DNA of 64,000 nucleotides from Deltaproteobacteria bacterium (GTDB lineage Bacteria; Bdellovibrionota_B; Oligoflexia; Oligoflexales; Bog-1112): NCBI GenBank assembly GCA_947475005.1, contig CANJLI010000003.1, positions 32,472 to 96,471 of the forward strand, read 5' to 3'. Shown piece by piece: positions 55,545 to 64,000 of this stretch (position 1 is its first letter; each line of letters starts with the position of its first letter). The notes under the pieces were generated by a model. It saw only the letters and a program-made list of their open reading frames with translations, ran no database searches and was not told where the DNA came from. The position numbers and the translations under genes were made by a program.

Positions 55545-56846
55545 TCAATGCCCAGCAGGTATGTTCTTTCTAAAAACTTCCCAGCCTTTTAGATACGTAA
55601 ACGCAGTAGCTAATTGATGGTCCTGCTGGAGAGGCAGAGGCCAACTTTGCATCACTTGTTGGATCTGATTTTGAGAGGCAAATTCGCTTAAATTTTTTGC
55701 GTGAATGTGATAGGCCAAATCAGCTTCTTTGGTCATCCCTTTTGCCGAAGGATCCGATACGACTTTTGTAGGCACCACAATATCAGGGGTAATGCCCAAT
55801 GCTTGAATCGAGCGATCCTTTGGGGTGAAATACCTGGCGATGGTAAACTTCAGACCCGAGCCATCTGCCAAAGAAACCAACGTTTGCACGCTTCCCTTTC
55901 CAAAAGATTGCGTCCCGAGAATCAATGCGCGTCCATGATCTTGCAAGGCACCTGCCACGATTTCAGATGCGCTGGCAGATCCCCCGTTCATCAACACAAT
56001 AATGGGAAATCCAACGAATGTATTTTTCTTGTGAGCAAACTCTCGCTCCACTCGATCTGGATCTCGCCCAACGGTAGAGAGAATCAACCCACTTTCGATA
56101 AACAAATCTGCTACATTGACGGCAGCTTTTAGGAGCCCTCCCGGATTGTCACGCAAGTCTAAGACCAATCCTTCAATTTTATTTCGCAAGGGCTCCAACA
56201 CAGCAAAGAAATCAGTATCCGTATTTTCCTGAAACGAATCGATCTTCACATATGGAATCGTAGGCGTAAGAAATTGCGTATGAACGGAGCGAACCTGAAT
56301 AATCTCTCTTTTTAATTTAAATTCAATGGGTGTCTTGACGTCAGCACGACGAACAGTCAAGCGAAGGATAGAACCCGGAATACCACGCATCATTTCCACC
56401 GTTTGATCCGGAGCCAAGCTCGACAGCACTTTTCCTTCAATCGCAGTAATTTCATCCCCTGCCAAAATTCCAGCCCTCATGGCTGGGCTTCCTTCGATTG
56501 GAGAAATAATTAACAGCTTTTTACCTTCTTGACTGACGTTGATACCAACGCCTCCAAACTTTCCCTGAGTATCGATGGTTAACTGTTCAAGTTCTTTTGC
56601 TGGCAATCCAACGGTGTGAGGATCTAGCTTCGAGGTCATCCCTGCAATGGCATGCTCAATCAGAAATTGAGGTGCAACCTTTGCAGGATCTACATACATT
56701 TTATTTAGATAGTAGTAAGCCTGGGCAAAAGTTTCCAAATTTTTATAATACCCACCATTTGAATCCGATGAAGCGGCTGCTGGGGAGCTAGCATGCACAA
56801 CAGTAGGAATCATCCATAGCAAGAGTAAAAGAGATCGTCGTATCAT
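55545..56846 (-). CDS. ctpA: carboxy-terminal processing protease (S41 family)
   Basis: 433 aa with a signal peptide, a PDZ segment (GSPAMRAGILAGDEI), the catalytic Ser region GGSASASEIVAGALQD and FGKGSVQ. Confidence 0.9.
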   Translation of the reverse strand: MIRRSLLLLLWMIPTVVHASSPAAASSDSNGGYYKNLETFAQAYYYLNKMYVDPAKVAPQFLIEHAIAGMTSKLDPHTVGLPAKELEQLTIDTQGKFGGVGINVSQEGKKLLIISPIEGSPAMRAGILAGDEITAIEGKVLSSLAPDQTVEMMRGIPGSILRLTVRRADVKTPIEFKLKREIIQVRSVHTQFLTPTIPYVKIDSFQENTDTDFFAVLEPLRNKIEGLVLDLRDNPGGLLKAAVNVADLFIESGLILSTVGRDPDRVEREFAHKKNTFVGFPIIVLMNGGSASASEIVAGALQDHGRALILGTQSFGKGSVQTLVSLADGSGLKFTIARYFTPKDRSIQALGITPDIVVPTKVVSDPSAKGMTKEADLAYHIHAKNLSEFASQNQIQQVMQSWPLPLQQDHQLATAFTYLKGWEVFRKNIPAGH

Positions 56847-57655
56847 TGGATATCCTGAGTTTGAGTAGGCGACGAGGCTCGGGCTCGGCCCAACAAAGCC
56901 CGAGCCTGTGCTTTAATAGGAGCAGGCATGTTTTTTTCTTCTAAAAATTTTGATACAAGTGCAGCCGCTTTTTTAGAGTTTTTTCGCTCTATATATAAGG
57001 TTGCCAATTCTTGCACCGGCTCATAACAAGCAGGACAAAGTGCGATGGATTTAGAAAAATGCTCCACTGCCTGGCGATTCTTACCATTTTTCCCATATAA
57101 AAGTCCAAGCCGATAGTGCGACAAGTAGTACGTTGGATTTTCCATGAGGGCATTTTGGTAATTCATTTCTGCGAGGACAAAATTGTTCTCTTGCTCAAAA
57201 GCGAGGCCTAAATTGTGGTAAATTCGCTCCCGATTTTCATATTTTTCATCTACCAAGAGACGTTGAAGCAAGGGTTTTGCTTTTTTGGTTCGATTACCTG
57301 CCAAATAAGCAGCGCTCAAATTGAGTCCCACATCGGAAGTCGGCTGCAATTTATACGCTTTTTCTAAATATTCGATGGCAGTAGGCACCCGGGAAAAAAA
57401 CAAATACACGATTCCACCTACCGCCAGCACCTGGGGCGACTCTGGCGATTCTCGCAACAGAGCGCGAATCTCCTGCAGTGCAGCATCCTCCTGGTTGTGT
57501 TCTAAATGGGTCATAATCAAGGTTAACTTCGTGTCCAAAAGCTCCGCGGAAGCTTTCTTACTGGCTTCCTCATTGGAGGAGAGGGATTGACAAGCGACCC
57601 CTATCCCCATCCAAATCCACAACAAGACGGTTAAATGAGATCGAACCGACAGCAT
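56843..57655 (-). CDS. TPR-repeat lipoprotein (PilF/PilW-like, tentative)
   Basis: A start at 57655 is preceded by AAGGAGG and gives MLSVRSHLTVLLWIWMGIGVACQS (lipobox). Multiple TPR motifs follow. The longer track ORF (to 57820) lacks an RBS. Confidence 0.7.
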   Translation of the reverse strand: MLSVRSHLTVLLWIWMGIGVACQSLSSNEEASKKASAELLDTKLTLIMTHLEHNQEDAALQEIRALLRESPESPQVLAVGGIVYLFFSRVPTAIEYLEKAYKLQPTSDVGLNLSAAYLAGNRTKKAKPLLQRLLVDEKYENRERIYHNLGLAFEQENNFVLAEMNYQNALMENPTYYLSHYRLGLLYGKNGKNRQAVEHFSKSIALCPACYEPVQELATLYIERKNSKKAAALVSKFLEEKNMPAPIKAQARALLGRARASSPTQTQDIQ

Positions 57656-57779
57656 GGAGCCTCCTTTTGAAACAAGCACCCTCTTTATGGCTGGAAAAAA
57701 GATGCGCGGATCGTTATTTTTTCCTATTATACCAGCAAAGCGCATTGCGCGAGTGGCGAAGAGCAGAGGGGCCTCAGAT

Positions 57780-58766
57780 ATGTCAAGTCGAAAAAAAGAG
57801 GAGAAGCTATGTTCAGACAAAATGGCGGAACAAGCTGTAGGCTTGGGACGTCAGATTCAACAAGACAGAGAGGAAGCGGGTTTCTCTCGAGAAGAAGTTG
57901 AACACATTACAAAAATTTCTCCCTTCTTCTTAGAAGCGGTTGAGGCAGGGCGCTTTTTCTCGCTACCGGGAGAAGTCTTCTGTAAGGGGTTTATCACCAA
58001 TATTTACAAGGTGTTAAAAAGAGATCCTCAAGCGGTTATCGCTGAAATCGAAGCTGTTTTTTTACAAATTAGTCAGGCCCAACTCCCAGGGGAGCGCAAG
58101 AGAACTCTGCCCCCGAGAGGATCTGTTAACTCACTTCATAAGCCGGAAAAATCTCGACTGCGCTACTGGGGGGCTGTTGCTATACTTGTTATCGTAGGTG
58201 GGACAATCATTTGGCGAGTTCGACACTCAAGATCGGCCTCAGAATCCATGATCATAGCCCCCGTTACTACTGAGCCGCTTACGGCAGTGACTCCGCCAAC
58301 CCCTGATCCAGTCATCGCGCAGACGGTAAATTCGATGGCTCCTGCGGCAGGCGAAGCCGCGGGACCCTTGGAAATCAACACCCAACTGCCCGCGCTTGCC
58401 CCTCCTTTGTTGCCTGTATCTCCAGCTGTGCCAGAAGATTTAGCTGGAGCTACCACAGCTCCCCGCCCCGAGCTGCCTGCTCCAGCTGAGGCGGTCGCGC
58501 CTCTTTCTGGCTCTCAGCTCACCATGGTTGTGCGCGCTCCTGTTGGCATCCAACAAAAGATCGACAGTCAAGAAGCGTTGTCCAAAGAATACCCCCAAGG
58601 CGAGTATCAATTTGCCTTCGAAGAAAAAGCAGAGTTTGTGGTGCAAGATGCGGCAGAAGTTTCCTTTACCTTCGATTCCAAGACCATTGACACTTTGGGA
58701 AAAAAGAAAGAAACCAAGAAAATCACCTTTGTTCATAGTAAACAAGAAAAACCCCTTGTCCAATAA
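57780..58766 (+). CDS. rodZ: RodZ-like cytoskeleton protein (HTH + TM + Pro-rich + C-terminal domain)
   Basis: The HTH region LGRQIQQDREEAGFSREEVEHITKISPFFLEAVEAG...CKGFITNIYKVL resembles RodZ. It has a single TM (YWGAVAILVIVGGTIIW). The start is ambiguous (57780 or 57822). Confidence 0.65.
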   Translation: MSSRKKEEKLCSDKMAEQAVGLGRQIQQDREEAGFSREEVEHITKISPFFLEAVEAGRFFSLPGEVFCKGFITNIYKVLKRDPQAVIAEIEAVFLQISQAQLPGERKRTLPPRGSVNSLHKPEKSRLRYWGAVAILVIVGGTIIWRVRHSRSASESMIIAPVTTEPLTAVTPPTPDPVIAQTVNSMAPAAGEAAGPLEINTQLPALAPPLLPVSPAVPEDLAGATTAPRPELPAPAEAVAPLSGSQLTMVVRAPVGIQQKIDSQEALSKEYPQGEYQFAFEEKAEFVVQDAAEVSFTFDSKTIDTLGKKKETKKITFVHSKQEKPLVQ

Positions 58767-58861
58767 AGAAGAGAAAGATTCCTTTCTCTTTAAAAACTCT
58801 CGCTAATTTAATCTTCCTATTCTTTTCATATAAAAAAAATACAATTATTTATACCCATTGA

Positions 58862-58890
58862 TTGACGAATTCTAAGAGATTGTTTTAAAT
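58862..58890 (+). promoter_or_regulatory. sigma-70-like promoter candidate for the 58953 gene
   Basis: TTGACG-N17-TTAAAT, located ~60 nt upstream of the ATG in an A+T-rich intergenic region. Confidence 0.3.
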
Positions 58891-58952
58891 GGTAGTAGAC
58901 TCCCCTTTCTAAAAAATGAATTACATCCCTTTTTTATATACATGAGGCTCTA

Positions 58953-59840
58953 ATGAAAAAGATGACGGAAAATCGCTATCCCAACTCTGCCACCCTCTTT
59001 CGTTTTTGCAAAGAAGCCCTTGAGATTCGCTACGAAGGCAACGTAAAGGTAATCGATCAAGATGTAGGTGCACTGTTGGGGTATGATCCTGCTGATTGTA
59101 GTCATTGGAAGAAGGGAAAAAAAAATATCCGTTCTCTTTCCACCTTCAAAAGCATTGCTGAATACCTTCACCTCGATGAAACGATCCTTATCGATATCGT
59201 GGCAGGTAAAATCGATTTAGAAGAAGCGGTATTTGAATACAAAGGATATGGAAACTTTTCTGCAAAAGGTTCTTCGTTCGATTCACTGCGGAAAGATTTC
59301 TTTAAATCTCCAGAGCGCTGGCAAAAAGACGGACGTACGCAAAGCTTCGAAGAAATCTTCCAGCTTCATAAAAAAGAAATCTCCAAAACTGTCGAACGAA
59401 TTTTGCAGAAAATGTCTAATCCAGAAACACTCACTGCATTGCCTGATTTGCTCTCTTCTTTTACAAATCTTACCTTTATTGTAGATCCCAAGTTGGCAAA
59501 GCCGATCCAAGTTACCCAAGAGGGAACCTCGACGGTTCTGAGTGTGCAGTCTTTATCTATGCGCCCTTATGTGCGCTTTTTGGCAGCCAAGGCACTGTTT
59601 GATTTCCTTTGCGCTCAACGGGACCCCATTCTTTCTGCAGAGTTGGGCGCAACGGAGGAGCTGCGAGAGGTACAAGCCAATATTTTCGCAGGCATGTTGT
59701 TGGTGCCCCACTCCATGCTGAAGAAGGAAGTGACCCAGCTTAACTGTGCGACTGATTTTATTCCGCAGTTGGCACAGCGGTTTGGTGTGTCGAAGGCGCT
59801 GATGACTCAGCAGTTTAGGGAGTATTTAAAGGCTTCTTAG
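58953..59840 (+). CDS. XRE-type HTH protein fused to a degenerate ImmA/IrrE (M78)-like domain
   Basis: 295 aa. The N-terminal HTH is QDVGALLGYDPADCSHWKKGKKNI. The C-terminal EVQANIFAGMLLVPHSML...LAQRFGVSKALM fits the ImmA/IrrE tail, but the expected HExxH position reads AAKALFDFL. Confidence 0.5.
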   Translation: MKKMTENRYPNSATLFRFCKEALEIRYEGNVKVIDQDVGALLGYDPADCSHWKKGKKNIRSLSTFKSIAEYLHLDETILIDIVAGKIDLEEAVFEYKGYGNFSAKGSSFDSLRKDFFKSPERWQKDGRTQSFEEIFQLHKKEISKTVERILQKMSNPETLTALPDLLSSFTNLTFIVDPKLAKPIQVTQEGTSTVLSVQSLSMRPYVRFLAAKALFDFLCAQRDPILSAELGATEELREVQANIFAGMLLVPHSMLKKEVTQLNCATDFIPQLAQRFGVSKALMTQQFREYLKAS

Positions 59841-60433
59841 TTTTTTCTTTTTCTTTTTCTTTTTCTTTTTCTTTTTTGTGGAACCAGCTGCGCAGTTTCC
59901 ACGCCTCCTTGCCCCGCAAGGGGAGAACGGGAATGCATTTCCAGAATGACACGTCAAGGCCGGCGCTCGCTCGGGGCCTCCCACCCTCTCAAAATCGCAG
60001 ACAGTATTTTAGTCATGGATAGTGAGCTCTTGGCTGCGATTTGTGACCCGGGCAGGTCCCCCCAAGCGGCTGCCCTTGACGCGTCATTCTGGAAATACAT
60101 CTCCGTTCTCTCGCTGCTACCAGATCTTTGCAGCTACGGGAGAGAGCGGTCGATGCCTTTCAGTTACCATTTGAGGGGCCAAGGGCAGCCGCTTGGGGGG
60201 ACCTGCCCGGGTCACAAATCGCAGCCAAGAGCTCACTATCCATGACTAAAATACTGTCTGCGATTTTGAGAGGGTGGGAGGCCCCGAGCGAGCGCCGGCC
60301 TTGGCATCTAACATGGTAACTGAAAGGAATCTAACCGCTCCCCCATTGCGAGGCAAGGAGGTGTGGAAACTGCGCAGCTGGTTCCACAAAAAAGAAAAGA
60401 AAAGAAAAGAAAAGAAAAGAAAAGAAAAGAAAA
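59841..60433. repeat. nested-palindrome element, copy B, with inverted microsatellite termini
   Basis: The left end has (TTTTTC)x5 (59841-59877) and the right end has (AAAAG)x7 (60388-60433). The terminal inverted repeat is GTGGAACCAGCTGCGCAGTTTCCAC paired with GTGGAAACTGCGCAGCTGGTTCCAC. A perfect 124-bp inverted repeat spans 59955-60078 and 60180-60303 around a 101-bp spacer. It fills the whole gap between two convergent TAG stop codons. Confidence 0.9.
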
Positions 60434-61369
60434 CTAAGGCTCTGACGGTAACCATTTAACAGGAGTACCTGTAGAGGTAATCGCCAACATCTTGTCCGCA
60501 TTTTCTTGAAAAAAGCCATGCAAGTTTGGATACTGCATTCGCAACTGGTAGGCCCAAAAAAGCTGGCGACGGGGGTGGGGGTGAGAAACAATCACCCGCA
60601 AAACTTCTCGTTCATCCACAGAAAGGGTTTCGATTTCCTGCCCCCACTGGGCTGCGCTGTCTCTCAAGATTTGCTCGATGTGCAAATGCCGGTCTTTGGC
60701 CTCAAACAAATCAATCTTCTGTGTTTCACTCTCATAAAGTTCCGCGTAATGCTGCCAAGAGCCCGCAAGTAAGGCCAAGCTTGGAATGCGAGTGCGAAAG
60801 TGTCGCACCAACAAGAGAGCCTGTTCTACAGGGTGGCTTTTTGCAATCAGCTGCGCTTCCAGATTCACCTGGATCCCCTGATCCGGAGACATGGTGTGAA
60901 TTTCTTGAAAAAGTTCGGAAAGCCCCTTCCATGAAGGTCTTTTCTTGGCTGCAGCATTCGAGTGTTCTTCTACCGGTGGTACTAGCAGAAAAGAACCATG
61001 GGCATCTCGAGCAAAGGGATACACGATGGCATCTTGATGGGTTGGTTGTGCTGCCAGCTCTAACTTCCATTTGGAAATATCAAACTGAAACCCAACGGAC
61101 AAAGAAGGCGTCGATTGAGAACCAGGTGTCGATTTCCCATAGCGAAACATAATCATCGATTTGTCTTGGAGGGTCTTCAGTGCACGTTCGATTTCGTCCT
61201 TCGGATATCCCAACAGATTGGAAAGATCCACCTCCGTGGAAACCACCTCTTGAAATCCAGAGCTTCGGCAATGAAGCAGGTACAATAAAATTGCATACTC
61301 GCAGGCATCGAGTCGTGCCATGGCCAGTACCTTAAACCCAGACGCCCCTTTGAAAAGTTCGATATCCAA
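60434..61369 (-). CDS. hypothetical protein with N-terminal winged-helix-like domain
   Basis: 311-aa ORF. The N-terminus (ACEYAILLYLLHCRSSGFQEVVSTEVDLSNLLGYPKDEIERALKTLQDKSMI) looks wHTH-like. The opposite-strand 208-aa ORF is Arg/Pro/Gly-rich and unlikely to be real. Confidence 0.5.
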   Translation of the reverse strand: MDIELFKGASGFKVLAMARLDACEYAILLYLLHCRSSGFQEVVSTEVDLSNLLGYPKDEIERALKTLQDKSMIMFRYGKSTPGSQSTPSLSVGFQFDISKWKLELAAQPTHQDAIVYPFARDAHGSFLLVPPVEEHSNAAAKKRPSWKGLSELFQEIHTMSPDQGIQVNLEAQLIAKSHPVEQALLLVRHFRTRIPSLALLAGSWQHYAELYESETQKIDLFEAKDRHLHIEQILRDSAAQWGQEIETLSVDEREVLRVIVSHPHPRRQLFWAYQLRMQYPNLHGFFQENADKMLAITSTGTPVKWLPSEP

Positions 61370-61371
61370 TT

Positions 61372-63327
61372 CTATCGTCCTTCCATATGCAAAATCACAT
61401 ACCCAGCTGAAATCTGTTGCTGAGGTTGCACCAAAATCTGGGACACAATCCCAGCTCGAGGGGCCTTGATCTCGAATTCGATTTTCATGGATTCTATCAC
61501 AAGTAAGGGAGTACCAGCTTCTACCTGGTCATTTTCTTGAACCAAAATTTTCACGACCTTCCCAGGTACCGGAGCCACCAACTCTCGCCCCGCCTCTTCG
61601 GTGGTACTGGCAAGCTTCCATCCTTCCTTCTCTTGTCGCGCCGTGTGGAGAAATCCGTTTCGCTGAAACCCATATAAAGTATCTGTCGGCGTCTCTACCC
61701 GAAGACAAAAGCAAATGGCCCCGTCAATATAGACAGCCTCGTACTGACAAGAGGCGCCATTGGGGTGGCGCCAAGACATGTTTCGATTCTGAGTGGGAGC
61801 CCCTGAAGTGGAGGGTGCCGCACCCGTAGAAAAAATTTTCTGGGTAATCGAAGGTACCGTAGCCTTGCCTTGTAAGGTGGAAACAGAAGAACCAAAAGAG
61901 AACTGAGGGCGGTATGCTGCAAACTGTGTGCTTACCTTTTCCCGTTCCTCTTGAAGCCGAGTGAGCACTCTCTCGCGTACTTGTTCTAGAAAATGAGTGG
62001 TAACAGGTCCTTTTGTAAAAGCAGATTCTGTCACCAGCAGATACAAGAACTCTCGGTTGCAAATGGGCCCAAAGAACACCGTGTGAGCCAAGGTGAAGGC
62101 CATGCGAGCCATACACACCTCGCGAGTCTCTCCATGGACCACGATTTTTGCCACCATGGGATCAAAAGCAGTGGAAATAGTATCGCAAAAATCTAGGCCC
62201 ACTTCCCAGCGAGCCCCCAAGGCTCTCGCAGGGAAAAATCCATACACAGGACCTGGTGTGGGCAAATATCCCTGCTCCACATCCTCTGCGTAGAGGCGTA
62301 CCTCAAGGCTATGCCCCCGAGGCTCTAAAGTTTGAAAATGCTCTGGCAAGGGCTCTCCTCGAGCTACGCGAAATTGCCACTCCACCAAGTCGAGTCCCCA
62401 AACTTCTTCCGTAACTGGATGCTCCACTTGCAGTCGGGTGTTCATTTCCAAAAAGTAAAAAGGCTGCTCCTCTGCTGCCTGAGCTTCAGTGGACCAATCC
62501 ACCAAAAACTCCACGGTGCCGAGCGAGGTGTACTTCATCTCTTGGGCCAATCGACGAGCAGCCTCATGGAGTTTTCTTCGGGTTTTAGGAGAAAGGCACG
62601 GCGCAGGTGCCTCTTCGATCACCTTTTGGTGACGACGTTGCACCGAACAATCTCGATCCCCCAAGATCACCACCGTACCGTGATGATCCGCAAGAATCTG
62701 TGCCTCCACGTGTCGAGAGGCTTCAATATAGGGCTCTAAAATCATGGAGCCATCGCCAAAGGCATTGATGGCTTCGGATCGGGCTCTCGCCAATGAACTC
62801 TCGAGCTGACTGCGATCTGTAACCAGTCGCATGCCTTTTCCACCGCCGCCTTTTGCGGCTTTGAGCAACAGAGGGCCCTTGGTTTGTTGCAAAAATTGTT
62901 GCACCTCTGCAGAAGCGAGGTCTTTTACGAGTAGGCCTTGGGTACAGGGAATTTGAGCTTGCAGCGCATGGGTTCTGGCAACCGCTTTGTCTCCCATCAA
63001 GCCGATCACTTGAGGAGAGGGGCCTACCCAAATGAGGCCCGCTTGTTGCACCTTTTGTGCAAATACAGAATTTTCAGATAAAAAACCAAACCCGGGATGC
63101 ACGGCATCGCACCCCATTTCGATGGCAATAGCGATCATGCGATCCCCATCGAGATATAAGGCAGAGGTTTGGGAGGCAACCTCGTAAAAAGCAGAGATCA
63201 CCGGTTGCAAGTAAAGCGGGTAAACGCCAGTCTCTGCAATACACACTGTTTCAATACCGAGCGTACAAGCCGACTCGGCAATTCGCCGACAAATTTCTCC
63301 TCGATTGGCGATGAATACGCGCTTCAA
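61372..63327 (-). CDS. acyl-CoA carboxylase alpha subunit (biotin carboxylase + BCCP domain)
   Basis: It has an ATP-grasp biotin carboxylase (KRVFIANRGEI, GGGGKGMR) and a C-terminal biotinyl domain (VIESMKIEFEI). A TTG start at 63327 is preceded by GGAGGA. The ATG-started extension to 63423 is encoded by the REP hairpins. Confidence 0.85.
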   Translation of the reverse strand: MKRVFIANRGEICRRIAESACTLGIETVCIAETGVYPLYLQPVISAFYEVASQTSALYLDGDRMIAIAIEMGCDAVHPGFGFLSENSVFAQKVQQAGLIWVGPSPQVIGLMGDKAVARTHALQAQIPCTQGLLVKDLASAEVQQFLQQTKGPLLLKAAKGGGGKGMRLVTDRSQLESSLARARSEAINAFGDGSMILEPYIEASRHVEAQILADHHGTVVILGDRDCSVQRRHQKVIEEAPAPCLSPKTRRKLHEAARRLAQEMKYTSLGTVEFLVDWSTEAQAAEEQPFYFLEMNTRLQVEHPVTEEVWGLDLVEWQFRVARGEPLPEHFQTLEPRGHSLEVRLYAEDVEQGYLPTPGPVYGFFPARALGARWEVGLDFCDTISTAFDPMVAKIVVHGETREVCMARMAFTLAHTVFFGPICNREFLYLLVTESAFTKGPVTTHFLEQVRERVLTRLQEEREKVSTQFAAYRPQFSFGSSVSTLQGKATVPSITQKIFSTGAAPSTSGAPTQNRNMSWRHPNGASCQYEAVYIDGAICFCLRVETPTDTLYGFQRNGFLHTARQEKEGWKLASTTEEAGRELVAPVPGKVVKILVQENDQVEAGTPLLVIESMKIEFEIKAPRAGIVSQILVQPQQQISAGYVILHMEGR

Positions 63328-63354
63328 CGTATTTCCTCCATGTGTAGGATAAGT

Positions 63355-63418
63355 GGGGACACCCCGTTGGAGTGTCCCCTTTACAAGCTCTCGTCGGGGA
63401 CACTCCAACGGGGTGTCC
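63355..63418. repeat. REP-like hairpin pair
   Basis: GGGGACACCCCGTTGGAGTGTCCCC (63355-63379) and GGGGACACTCCAACGGGGTGTCC (63396-63418) have reverse-complementary loops. Confidence 0.8.
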
Positions 63419-63493
63419 TTCATGCTGCTTCTTATGAGAAAAACCAGTGTCGCATACTTGGAAGAAGAAAACCGTACTTTTCATACGGTTCTA

Positions 63494-64000
63494 CTAGTAC
63501 CCCAATAAACGCCAGCCAAATCCTACGGGTGGCTTCAAGCTAAACCAAGGCTGTACGGGGTACTTCACCCCTGGCGTGATTTGATCAAGGGCATCTTTGA
63601 TGGTTTCCACCCCTTGATCCGTTGGATTCTGTCGAGCCCGAAAGAGGATAAAGCTAAAGTCGGTTCCCCCCCTGCCTTGCAATATTTCCGCTTGAGTAAA
63701 AGCCCCCCCTTGTCCCCCCGCGCCGTGACACCCTTGACAGCCACCCATTTGAACCGCAGAAGTCTGCCCATAGGGATGAGGCAATACGTTTGTCTGATTC
63801 GATGCAGTAAAAGTACCCGTAAATTTTTGAAATCGTTGGTTGGTTTCAATGACTGGGTTGGCTAGATAGTAGTCTTGGCTTTGGTTTGCAAAGTCTTTCG
63901 GCCCATTGGCAGGTGTAAACTGCAAGCCTACCAATTGATAATTTTGCCACACGGCATTTGGATAGACTGAGGCAATAAGCGATTGAGCTTCCCGATTCAG
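63494..64000 (-). CDS. partial CDS (5' end beyond window): protein with a c-type heme-binding CxxCH motif
   Basis: The frame stays open from 63952 to the window edge. The CQGCH motif is present. No further family assignment was made. Confidence 0.5.
   Translation of the reverse strand: MNREAQSLIASVYPNAVWQNYQLVGLQFTPANGPKDFANQSQDYYLANPVIETNQRFQKFTGTFTASNQTNVLPHPYGQTSAVQMGGCQGCHGAGGQGGAFTQAEILQGRGGTDFSFILFRARQNPTDQGVETIKDALDQITPGVKYPVQPWFSLKPPVGFGWRLLGY

Noticed and set aside
59946-60455. ORFs of 99, 63, 69 and 61 aa inside palindromic element copy B, and 5402..5623 in copy A.
   Set aside because: Mirror-image ORFs appear on both strands because of the inverted repeat. They are not conserved between the two element copies and lack ribosome-binding sites.
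60526-61152. 208-aa plus-strand ORF opposite the 311-aa gene.
   Set aside because: The product is Arg/Pro/Gly-rich and low in complexity, whereas the minus-strand ORF is longer with protein-like composition and a wHTH-like N-terminus.
145-63418. Whether the recurring GGGGACAC...GTGTCCCC units form a CRISPR array.
   Set aside because: The units are dispersed over the whole window, occur in both orientations and are self-complementary hairpins. They have no regular repeat-spacer periodicity, and no cas genes are present.
63328-63423. ATG-initiated N-terminal extension of the biotin carboxylase gene (MKDTPLECPRRELVKGTLQRGVPTYPTHGGNT).
   Set aside because: The extension is encoded by the two REP hairpins. 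A TTG at 63327 preceded by GGAGGA begins exactly at the conserved KRVFIANRGE N-terminus.

Overview
This 64-kb chromosomal window comes from a Gram-negative, probably flagellated bacterium. The evidence is YidC/YidD, RodZ, FtsB-like, lipoproteins and a FliA sigma-28 gene. The gene content looks proteobacterial or Bdellovibrionota-like, but the phylum cannot be fixed from sequence alone. I support about 62 protein genes, mostly housekeeping. They include fliA plus a PilZ-like gene, a glpD-like gene, a DsbA-family gene, coaE, an IHF-beta-like gene and grxD. They also include a cystathionine-lyase-family gene, sthA, an ALDH7-type dehydrogenase, apt, kbl-tdh, acyl-CoA carboxylase beta and alpha subunits and a phosphoglucomutase. 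The conserved rpmH-rnpA-yidD-yidC-jag-mnmE cluster is present; rpmH is absent from the ORF track and was found by hand translation. Further genes are a glmU-like gene with glmS, pcrA/uvrD, an SCO-family gene, bfr, folE, tsaC-like, lipB, ctp and a rodZ-like gene. No rRNA, tRNA, CRISPR array, transposase or integrase was seen. Intergenic space is unusually rich in structured repeats. There is a GGGGACAC...GTGTCCCC hairpin (REP-like) family and a roughly 100-bp cloverleaf-forming repeat (CGTCATCCCAAGG termini). There are also two copies of a roughly 600-bp nested-palindrome element bounded by T/C (A/G) microsatellites. Accessory, visibly A+T-richer patches hold lineage-specific secreted or membrane paralog families. 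Most noteworthy is a signal-peptide-bearing 794-aa protein that appears to fuse an atypical kinase-like domain to an OspF/SpvC-type phosphothreonine-lyase-like domain. Other oddities are an RHH-MNT/HEPN toxin-antitoxin pair whose MNT gene carries an in-frame TAG, a GTP-cyclohydrolase-II x2 + double-SIS fusion, and a GlmU that lacks its acetyltransferase half. All family calls rest on motif recognition by eye, and no database search was possible.
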